Shown here in pieces: positions 1-6,401 of a stretch of DNA of 9,288 bases. The notes beneath the pieces were generated by a model that did no database searches, was not told where the DNA came from, and saw only the letters and a program-made list of their open reading frames with translations. This DNA is from a virus. Each line of letters opens with the position of its first letter. Position 1 is the stretch's first letter. Position numbers and translations under genes: made by a program. The stretch lies in IMG/VR virus record IMGVR_UViG_3300008459_011871, positions 1 to 9,288 of that record. One strand, written 5' to 3'.

Positions 1-626
1 GTGCATGGTTCCTGCTTCATCTTGTAATGACGATACTTTAAGTCATCATCATGAAATGGGAATGTTTCTCCTTCTTCTGCAGCGTCAGGGTCGAAACCTG
101 CAGCTTTCATACGTTTAATTCTCGCTATAGCAGACTTTTTACGATCTAAACGAGGCATGATGCCGTCTGATCGATATCCATTTCTCTTTAATTTATCGCT
201 AGAAATGTTTGTTAGTTGTTTACGTTGTAGATCAGGCAAATCAAGCTCTTGGAAGAGATACTGTGCGAGTTCATCGAGTGTGATCTCAACATCATAATAT
301 TCTTCACCACTTTCACTACCAGCTTTGTTTGGTTGTCCTTGTGCCGGTTGAGGATCACCACTTCCGATTTTTTGTCCACGTTTTATGTCTTTGCCGGGAG
401 CTGAACCAACATTTTTGCTGTTATTGCTGCCATAAACAAAACGGTATTCTTTTATTCCTCTTACAGGAATCTTGAACTTTTTCTTACCATTGTTTCCAAT
501 AATTGATTCATCTGCAACAATCTGATGTATTCCTTCACGAATAGCTTTCTCAATTTTTTCTTTATGTCTTCTACGATCTGATGCAGATCTATCAGAAACG
601 GTTTTGTGTTCTCTAAAAATTGACAT
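1..626 (-). CDS. yeaH: DUF444 / YeaH-YhbH family protein (UPF0229), N-terminal ~208 aa; 3' end runs off the left edge of the window
   Basis: Absent from the supplied ORF track because it is open-ended. Reverse-strand ATG at 626..624 reads MSIFREHKTVSDRSASDRRRHKEKIEKAIREGIHQIVADESIIGNNGKKKFKIPVRGIKEYRFVYG...GSGDPQPAQGQPNKAGSESGEEYYDVEITLDELAQYLFQELDLPDLQRK...FHDDDLKYRHYKMKQEP, with no stop down to position 1. An in-frame TAA (654..656, reverse) closes the frame upstream. The block order matches my recollection of E. coli YeaH and B. subtilis YhbH: basic N-terminus, KIP-R-x-EY-F-Y, Gly/Gln-rich linker, EEYY-x-EI-x-ELxxxLFxELxLPxLxRK, DLKYR. Confidence 0.85.
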   Translation of the reverse strand, partial: MSIFREHKTVSDRSASDRRRHKEKIEKAIREGIHQIVADESIIGNNGKKKFKIPVRGIKEYRFVYGSNNSKNVGSAPGKDIKRGQKIGSGDPQPAQGQPNKAGSESGEEYYDVEITLDELAQYLFQELDLPDLQRKQLTNISSDKLKRNGYRSDGIMPRLDRKKSAIARIKRMKAAGFDPDAAEEGETFPFHDDDLKYRHYKMKQEPC

Positions 627-718
627 GTTCTCGTAAATAACTATACAACAAATTTAAACATGAAAAACAAAAAGTGTAAATGTTAAATGAAATTAGATAT
701 ACTTCTTGAAGTAAGAAA

Positions 719-726
719 GGAAGGTG
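719..726 (+). promoter_or_regulatory. Shine-Dalgarno-like site (GGAAGGTG) serving the glycosylase gene
   Basis: GGAAGGTG matches the AGGAGGTG anti-SD complement at 7 of 8 positions. It ends 4 nt before ATT 731, overlaps GTG 725, and lies more than 20 nt from TTG 749. Confidence 0.5.
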
Positions 727-730
727 GGTT

Positions 731-1549
731 ATTCCTGAAGGACCGGAATTGCGTCATTCGAGAGACGTACTTCGTTCAATCGTTTTGAACAAAACAATCA
801 AGGTAATCGAGTTTACTCAAACAGGTAGATATAAAGAAAAAGTTCCTGAATCTTATAGATTAGTTCTTGATGCTTTTCCACTCAAAGTTATTGACCTTGA
901 TGTCAAGGGTAAGTTTATGTGGTGGCAACTTGATGGTGATGTTGTTCCTTGGTACATGTGGATTACATACGGAATGTCTGGTCAATTTTCCACGAAGAAA
1001 ACGAATCATACATCTATGATCGTGCATCATCAAGACGGTAAGCTATTCTTTAATGATCCTCGTCATTTTGGAACCGTGAAGTTTGTCAACAACAAAAAAG
1101 ATCATGACAAGAAGCTGAAGAGTCTAGGACCAGATTTGTTGGGTGACCCACTAGTAACACCAGAATTATTTGCACAAAAGGTATTAAAGAAACCTAACAG
1201 GACTATTTGCGAAGCGCTTATGGACCAATCATGTGTCTCTGGAGTTGGCAATTACGTGAAATCAGAAGCTTTATACAAAGCCGGTATTGTACCTCATAGA
1301 AATGTAACTGATTTAACGTCAGAAGAATTTATTATTTTACACAGCGCTACTGTTTCAGTACTAAAGGATGCTTACAAAGCTCGCGGTGCATCCATTAGAA
1401 CTTATAAGTCCGTGCTTGATGAAGACGGCGAAGCGCAATTCACATTTAAAGTATATTCACAGAAAACGTGTGCTAATGGTCACCCGACATCAAATAAGGT
1501 AACTGAAGATGCGCGGAGATCATGGTGGTGTACGCAGTGCCAACTTTAA
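731..1549 (+). CDS. nei: Fpg/Nei-family DNA glycosylase/AP lyase (endonuclease VIII-like, NEIL1/MvNei1-like). Proposed ATT start; alternatives are GTG 725 or the track's TTG 749.
   Basis: The in-frame extension of track ORF 749..1549 encodes (M)PEGPELRHSRD, the canonical Nei N-terminus PEGPE with catalytic Pro and Glu. The H2TH region ICEALMDQSCVSGVGNYVKSEALYKAGI resembles Nei/NEIL1 LLDQxxxxGxGNYxxxEILxxxxI. GRYKEKVPESY...PLKVIDLDVKGKFMWWQL resembles the Mimivirus Nei1 / NEIL1 N-domain as I recall it. There is a C-terminal finger C-x3-H-x15-C-x2-C (CANGH...CTQC). Confidence 0.9.
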   Translation: MPEGPELRHSRDVLRSIVLNKTIKVIEFTQTGRYKEKVPESYRLVLDAFPLKVIDLDVKGKFMWWQLDGDVVPWYMWITYGMSGQFSTKKTNHTSMIVHHQDGKLFFNDPRHFGTVKFVNNKKDHDKKLKSLGPDLLGDPLVTPELFAQKVLKKPNRTICEALMDQSCVSGVGNYVKSEALYKAGIVPHRNVTDLTSEEFIILHSATVSVLKDAYKARGASIRTYKSVLDEDGEAQFTFKVYSQKTCANGHPTSNKVTEDARRSWWCTQCQL

Positions 1550-1616
1550 GGTAAGAAGAATGTATAGCACTTGGCAGAAGAATAGAATAAGAACTGCTCA
1601 ACATTTTAGGATTAAG

Positions 1617-2897
1617 ATGACAAATAACGAAAATACAGAAAAGAAGTTTTTTGACAATATTAGCGATTTTTTAAATATTAGCACTGTAAAAAAGACTTTT
1701 AATATCACTTCTGACGTTTTCAGCGAACTTCACCCATTTCTTGACAAACCTACGTTGTGGAACGGATTAAAGTCAGCATTCGGAGTCACACGAATCCTTG
1801 TCGATGTTGTTGAAATTTGGGCTGATGATTTCTTCGCAGAGAACAAGTGGACTCAACCGTATACTCCCGAGTTTAATCCTCTTATCGTGAGTATTCTTCA
1901 TGGTAAGAAGTTTAAGGTTACAAAGACATCTGATGAAGATGTTAGCATTCGGATTTATGATCTTAATGGATGTAAGATCGGTTATGTTTATAACGATAAA
2001 ACGAGAATGGCTAGCGCTATTCATGTTGAAACAGAAAAACTCGAAAAGACTAAGTTAATTCTGAAGAAGATGCTTTGGGAGCGGCATAAGGATGCTAATC
2101 TTGTTATGCGACACAACAAGAAAGCTTTGCATCTTAGTGAAGAACCACGTGTTGCTTTTGAAGCAGATGATGCTTTTGTCTCTCTTCCTTCAAGCAAAGC
2201 AACAGAATATTCTGCTTATTTGAAACGATGTCTTGATGCCGGAGTTGCTCGTTCTGTTATGCTATATGGCCCGCCAGGAACGGGTAAATCAACAATGGCA
2301 CGGACAATTGTAGAATCTCTTGGATTAAAGAGCTTTAGAATTCGTGTTGAAGATATTGGGCATATTGAATCTTCAACGATGTTTGAAGCTATTGGAATCT
2401 TTGAGCCTGATTCAATTATTCTTGACGATTTTGATAGGACACACGAGCAAGTCAAGATTCTTGAAGTACTTGAACATTTCCAGAAGCATGTCAAGCTTAT
2501 CGTTGCAACCGTTAATGATAGAAATTCACTGGACGAAGCGATTCTACGACCCGGTCGTTTTGATGAGTTAATTTGCGTTAAACAAATGGATGAAGACGTC
2601 ATTCGTAATGTTCTTGGTGAAGAGCACAAAGATGCCTTTGAAACTGTTAAGGATTGGCCAATTGCTTTTATTCAAGAGTATGTGAAGCGTCGCCGTTTTA
2701 TGTCTCAAGAAGAGGCATCAAATTCTATCATTGAGTTAGCAAAACGTGTGAAACGTTTGGATTCTTACTCGAATGATGATGAGCTTAGTCGTGTTACGAA
2801 AGATGATGAGGAGTCACAAGAAGAATCAAACAATATTGTTGACGAGTTTCGAGCACATAATCGTAAAGCGAAGGCTCGACGCCGTGCAAAGCGGTGA
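1617..2897 (+). CDS. Classic-clade AAA+ ATPase with an uncharacterised ~210-aa N-terminal domain and a charged C-terminal tail
   Basis: Walker A is LYGPPGTGKST. Walker B is IILDDFD (Asp-Asp rather than Asp-Glu). Sensor-1 and the second region of homology are IVATVNDRNSLDEAILRPGRFDE, as in FtsH/Cdc48/Vps4-type AAA proteins. The start is set at ATG 1617, preceded by AGGA at 1608-1611. ATG 1560 is possible, while the track start at 1509 would overlap nei by 41 nt. Confidence 0.9.
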   Translation: MTNNENTEKKFFDNISDFLNISTVKKTFNITSDVFSELHPFLDKPTLWNGLKSAFGVTRILVDVVEIWADDFFAENKWTQPYTPEFNPLIVSILHGKKFKVTKTSDEDVSIRIYDLNGCKIGYVYNDKTRMASAIHVETEKLEKTKLILKKMLWERHKDANLVMRHNKKALHLSEEPRVAFEADDAFVSLPSSKATEYSAYLKRCLDAGVARSVMLYGPPGTGKSTMARTIVESLGLKSFRIRVEDIGHIESSTMFEAIGIFEPDSIILDDFDRTHEQVKILEVLEHFQKHVKLIVATVNDRNSLDEAILRPGRFDELICVKQMDEDVIRNVLGEEHKDAFETVKDWPIAFIQEYVKRRRFMSQEEASNSIIELAKRVKRLDSYSNDDELSRVTKDDEESQEESNNIVDEFRAHNRKAKARRRAKR

Positions 2898-2919
2898 AAA
2901 ATAAGGATATAAAAAGACT

Positions 2920-3855
2920 ATGCTCGGCATTTGTTGTCATTATCTTTCAGAAAAAACAAAACCAAAATCAGGCGAGAAATTCTACTTCAATGAAATGGAA
3001 GAGCGCAGTCTTCAACTTGGAAGATTCAAAGCTGGAAAATACACGAATGAACAAATCACTGGAACTTACGTAAATAATGTCAAGAAGCTTGCCGAAATGA
3101 TTCCTTTCATTCATCGACAAGGTATTAAGTTATTTCGCGTTTCTTCAGCTTTGTTTCCTCTTGGTGATAAAGTTAATAGAGAGATGTGGGATAATGATGA
3201 AGTTAAAAAGCATTTAAAGACTGCTGGCGACTTCATCATTAACAATGGAATGCGTGTATCGACGCATCCCGGTCAGTTCTGCGTTCTTTCATCTGATTCT
3301 GATGATGTGATTGCAAATGCCCGGGCAGATCTAGATATCCATGCTTGGATATTCGACATGATGGGGTTGCCCGAAACTCCCTTCTATGCTATCAATATTC
3401 ATGGTGGTAAATCGGGTCGTATTAATAAATTGATCGATCAGGTTAACAAACTCCCTGATAATATTCGAAAGCGATTGACTCTTGAAAATGATGAGTCTGC
3501 TTACAGCGTTCTTGAACTTCTTGAAGCACACCGTGAAACAGGTTTGCCAATTACTTTCGATTCTCATCATCATACTTTCAACACTGACGATCTAACAATG
3601 GAAGAAGCATACGAAGCTGCATGCGCTACATGGGGTGATATTCGTCCTTTACAACACATTAGCAATACTGATCCCATTCACGTAAATGGAAATTTCACAG
3701 ATCGCCGCAAACACAGTGATCTAATCCACTATGTACCGGACTGCCAGCTTCGATCGTTGCGTGAAAACAAAATTGATGTAGAAATTGAAGCAAAGCTAAA
3801 AAATATTTCTGTTTTCAAAATGTCAAAAGATTTTGACATTCCAATTAGTGTTTAA
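2920..3855 (+). CDS. uvdE: UV-damage endonuclease (UvdE/UvsE family, TIM-barrel)
   Basis: The ordered UvdE blocks are all present: LFRVSSALFPL, STHPGQF, INIHGG, RLTLENDE, FDSHHH, HISN, EIEAK. They are collinear with B. subtilis UvsE (LYRFSSSIVPL, SFHPNQF, INIHIGG, MTLENDD, FDFHHF, IEAK) as I recall it. Confidence 0.92.
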   Translation: MLGICCHYLSEKTKPKSGEKFYFNEMEERSLQLGRFKAGKYTNEQITGTYVNNVKKLAEMIPFIHRQGIKLFRVSSALFPLGDKVNREMWDNDEVKKHLKTAGDFIINNGMRVSTHPGQFCVLSSDSDDVIANARADLDIHAWIFDMMGLPETPFYAINIHGGKSGRINKLIDQVNKLPDNIRKRLTLENDESAYSVLELLEAHRETGLPITFDSHHHTFNTDDLTMEEAYEAACATWGDIRPLQHISNTDPIHVNGNFTDRRKHSDLIHYVPDCQLRSLRENKIDVEIEAKLKNISVFKMSKDFDIPISV

Positions 3856-3919
3856 AAATACATTTTTGTTTTTATAACATTTGTTTTCATGTTTATACTT
3901 ATTTAAAGATGTCTTTTAC

Positions 3920-4204
3920 ATGAAAGCAAATATGGCAACAAGAACTCCAAAAGGAACCGGTGTAAAACCTGGTGAAACTTGTACTGAGTTTCAGTTGCAT
4001 AAATCGCAGAATCAATTGACTGCACACAAAAATGTTTTTGATTATTCTTATTTTCGTCTTCTTCAGTATATTCAACAAGTAACCGATGAACAGCAAAAGC
4101 AAACTTTAAAAGATATTTGTGTGCAATATAGAAATGGAATGGTTGCAATTGCATGGAAAGCTGGTAAACCTATTTGGCTTAAAGTAACAAAAGACAAACC
4201 TTAA
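3920..4204 (+). CDS. Hypothetical small protein (94 aa)
   Basis: An ORF on the coding strand of the block that fills the uvdE-groEL gap. ATG 3920 (MKANMATRTPKG...) is preferred over the track's TTG 3881. No recognisable motif. A TATACT hexamer sits at 3894-3899 upstream. Confidence 0.55.
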   Translation: MKANMATRTPKGTGVKPGETCTEFQLHKSQNQLTAHKNVFDYSYFRLLQYIQQVTDEQQKQTLKDICVQYRNGMVAIAWKAGKPIWLKVTKDKP

Positions 4205-4240
4205 TTGTACTTCAAGATGCATAATGTTTAATATCATTTC

Positions 4241-5851
4241 ATGTACGACGAGTCTAAAACATCTGAGTCAACGAAGGTTATTTTTTCTACTGAAGCACGT
4301 AAACAACTATTTAAGGGACTTGAAACAGTAGCTGATGCAGTTTCTTGCACGTTAGGGCCAAAGGGAAAGACTGTTCTTATTCAACAAGATGGCTCTTCAC
4401 CAATTGTAACGAAAGATGGCGTAACTGTTAGTAAATCTATAAAGTTAAAAGAGCCAGTTGAAAGAATGGGGGCGCAGCTAATTAGAGAAGCTGCTTCCCA
4501 AACAAATGATTCTGCAGGTGATGGTACAACAACATCCACTGTTCTAACTCATGCACTAGTTAAAAGTGGATTAAAATATCTTGAATCTGGTTATACTGCC
4601 AAAGAGTTAAGCGATGGAATTGAAAAGACTGTTTCAAAAGCTTTAGAAATTCTTCGTTCTTCGGCTAAACAGTTAACTTCATCTGAAGAGATTGCACAAA
4701 TTGCAACTATTAGCGCCAATGGTGATACAAAAATTGGTGAACTCATTGCTGAAGCGATGAATAAAGTTGGGCACGATGGTATCATTACCGTTGAAGATGC
4801 AAAAGGTATGTTGACTGCATTGGAGCTAGTTGACGGAATGCAAATTGACAGAGGTTATCTAAGCCCGTATTTTGTAACTAATTCTGACAAGATGACAGCA
4901 TCGTATAATGATGCTAAAGTTCTTCTTGTTGATCACAAAATTTCAGGAATGAAGGACATGATACCTATTCTTGAGAAGGTGATGCAATCTAGAACACCAC
5001 TTCTCATTATTGCAGATGATGTAGAAGGTGAAGCGTTACAAGGATTAGTCATTAATAGAGTTAATGCAAATCTTCCTGTTGTTGCGATTAAATCACCAGG
5101 GTATGGGCAGCATAAAGAGGAGTTACTTCGTGACATTGCTGTTCTGACTGGGGGTAAAGTTGTTTCTGCAGTAACAGGAATGAAGTTAGCTAATGTCACG
5201 CTTTCTGATTTAGGCACATTAAAGAAGTTTGTTGTTGATGCAAAATCAACGACTCTTGTAGGATCCCCTCAATATGCCTCTGAAGTTGAAAAGCATGTTC
5301 AAGATTTAAAGATTCAGCTTCAGGATATCACTTTGAATGTCGATGAAGTAACAAAACTTAGGACAAGAATAGCAAAACTTGCTAGCGGCGTTGCAGTTAT
5401 CAAAGTTGGTGGTTCTACTGAAGTTGAAATGACAGAACGGAAGTATCGCATTGAAGATGCTTTGCATGCAACCCGAGCAGCTGTTGATGAAGGAATTGTG
5501 CCTGGTGGCGGTATGGCTTTGTTTAATGTTTGGCAACAGCTTTCTACTTCTTCAACAGAAGATAACTTAGGTGCCGGTACTAAAATTGTCATGGATGCTT
5601 GTCTAGCACCGGTCAAAAAAATCGTGTTAAATGCAGGTTATTCTCCTGACATTGTAATTAATGAGTTAAATAAAGTGAAACGTGAAGGTCAGGACTTTAT
5701 AGGTTATAATGCTGCACAGAACACTTATGACGACATGATGAAGGTGGGAGTTATTGATCCTGTTAAGGTAACAAGAACTGCATTACTGAATGCATCTTCT
5801 GTCGCTATAACATTTTTAACTTTAGACGCCGTAGTTGTTGAAGACAAATGA
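4241..5851 (+). CDS. groEL: GroEL / Cpn60 group I chaperonin homologue (536 aa), lacking the C-terminal GGM repeat tail
   Basis: Near full-length collinearity with E. coli GroEL: TLGPKGKTV, TKDGVTV, AGDGTTTSTVL (nucleotide-binding loop), ISANGD, GYLSPYF, LLIIADDVEGEAL, AIKSPGYG, IAVLTGG, LASGVAVIKVGGSTEVEM, EDALHATRAAVDEGIVPGGG, DPVKVTR. It ends ...TLDAVVVEDK with no Gly-Gly-Met repeats. Confidence 0.97.
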   Translation: MYDESKTSESTKVIFSTEARKQLFKGLETVADAVSCTLGPKGKTVLIQQDGSSPIVTKDGVTVSKSIKLKEPVERMGAQLIREAASQTNDSAGDGTTTSTVLTHALVKSGLKYLESGYTAKELSDGIEKTVSKALEILRSSAKQLTSSEEIAQIATISANGDTKIGELIAEAMNKVGHDGIITVEDAKGMLTALELVDGMQIDRGYLSPYFVTNSDKMTASYNDAKVLLVDHKISGMKDMIPILEKVMQSRTPLLIIADDVEGEALQGLVINRVNANLPVVAIKSPGYGQHKEELLRDIAVLTGGKVVSAVTGMKLANVTLSDLGTLKKFVVDAKSTTLVGSPQYASEVEKHVQDLKIQLQDITLNVDEVTKLRTRIAKLASGVAVIKVGGSTEVEMTERKYRIEDALHATRAAVDEGIVPGGGMALFNVWQQLSTSSTEDNLGAGTKIVMDACLAPVKKIVLNAGYSPDIVINELNKVKREGQDFIGYNAAQNTYDDMMKVGVIDPVKVTRTALLNASSVAITFLTLDAVVVEDK

Positions 5852-5863
5852 CATATTTATCAT

Positions 5864-6076
5864 GTGAAAGGCGAACTAGTTGTTTTAAGAAACAGGTGGA
5901 TACCTAATCCACCTGTTCTTGGAATTATTATTGAAGAACTGCCGGATGATAAATGTCTTGTACTTTGGTGCACTAAGAATGGTATAAAGATAAAAGAGCA
6001 TTTATGTTCGGCAGTTCTTCCCGTTAAGTTAATGTCTGACATAGATTTGAAAAAAAGAAAATGTACATCAATGTAG
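5864..6076 (+). CDS. Hypothetical small protein (70 aa), GTG start, paralogue of the next ORF
   Basis: It starts 12 nt after the groEL stop. The N-terminus KGELVVLRNR...PVLGIIIEE parallels VGELVLIKARQRLGIVVKKE of ORF 6061-6318. The two share the nucleotide 9-mer GAACTAGTT (5873 and 6079 regions). The 3' end overlaps the next ORF by 16 nt, an arrangement that suggests translational coupling. Confidence 0.5.
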   Translation: MKGELVVLRNRWIPNPPVLGIIIEELPDDKCLVLWCTKNGIKIKEHLCSAVLPVKLMSDIDLKKRKCTSM

Positions 6077-6318
6077 GTGAACTAGTTTTAATAAAAGCAA
6101 GACAGCGATTAGGCATTGTTGTCAAGAAAGAAACAGCAAATAAATCTTCACCATCTCTTCACATGAAACATTTAGTGTATCCTCAGCTGTACTATGTTTA
6201 TGTAGATTCAGGTTGCATTATTGGTCCACTTTTTCAAGATGAACTTCAAACTGTGAAGGAAAAAAGTTTATCATTTTTGATTGCCGACATGCAACGTCTT
6301 GACAATATTACTTGTTAA
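6061..6318 (+). CDS. Hypothetical small protein (85 aa), paralogue of the preceding ORF
   Basis: ATG start inside the last 16 nt of the upstream ORF. It carries the same GELV-x-LGI(V/I)(V/I) N-terminal pattern. No recognisable family. Confidence 0.55.
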   Translation: MYINVGELVLIKARQRLGIVVKKETANKSSPSLHMKHLVYPQLYYVYVDSGCIIGPLFQDELQTVKEKSLSFLIADMQRLDNITC

Positions 6319-6401
6319 ACTAAAAGTCAAATTCACAATAAGAAGTCATGAATGACAACTGTCATACACATTAGATGATTTTAAGTTACATTATAAGTTA
6401 G

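Noticed and set aside
616-623. AAAATTGA octamers (616-623 and 3769-3776) resembling the Mimivirus early promoter, alongside a Mimivirus-Nei1-like glycosylase and UvdE, raising the possibility of a giant eukaryotic virus
   Set aside because: One or two hits to an AT-rich 8-mer are expected by chance in this window, and one is inside uvdE. GTG/ATT starts, overlapping coupled ORFs, an SD site, an intrinsic terminator, bacterial-type IF-1/GroEL/YeaH and a Seg-like endonuclease all point to a bacteriophage.
749-751. TTG 749 as the glycosylase start (track call)
   Set aside because: It would delete the PEGPE catalytic N-terminus encoded immediately upstream in frame, and it lies more than 20 nt from the only SD.
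1509-1616. The 1509 start of the AAA+ ORF (track call)
   Set aside because: It overlaps the glycosylase 3' end by 41 nt and adds a basic, unstructured leader. ATG 1617 has an AGGA at the proper spacing, and ATG 1560 remains a weaker alternative.
1773-2629. Track ORFs 1773-2024 (-), 2216-2629 (-) and 2344-2571 (+) inside the AAA+ gene
   Set aside because: They are antisense or alternate-frame shadows of a strongly supported AAA+ reading frame. Their translations are low-complexity (Ser/Ile/Leu-rich) and carry no motifs.
3331-3573. Track ORF 3331-3573 (-) inside uvdE
   Set aside because: It is antisense to conserved UvdE motif blocks (NIHGG, LENDE, DSHHH) and is a shadow ORF.
3899-4154. Track ORFs 3899-4102 (-) and 3903-4154 (-)
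   Set aside because: They are antisense to the + strand small ORF in a block that is otherwise entirely + strand. They have no start context or motifs, and their hydrophobic, low-complexity translations are typical of AT-rich antisense frames.
3920-4204. The small ORF upstream of groEL as a GroES/Cpn10 or gp31-type co-chaperonin
   Set aside because: The position is right, but the sequence shows none of the GroES hallmarks: no mobile-loop G-G-I-V-L-like element in context, and no GD-x-V-x-F beta-barrel motif. I cannot support the call without structure prediction.
4591-5616. Track ORFs 4591-4785, 4933-5217, 5306-5536 and 5320-5616 (all -) inside groEL
   Set aside because: They are shadows of the unambiguous GroEL frame.
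5860-6042. Track ORF 5860-6042 (-)
   Set aside because: It is antisense to the + strand small paralogue and has no support of its own.
6047-6063. The A7 run (6050-6056) just before the 16-nt overlap as a -1 programmed frameshift site fusing ORF 5864 to ORF 6061
   Set aside because: The direction (-1) and the open frame fit. However, the run is not in X-XXY-YYZ register with the zero frame, and no downstream stimulatory structure is evident. The downstream ORF has its own ATG, so simple translational coupling is the more economical reading.
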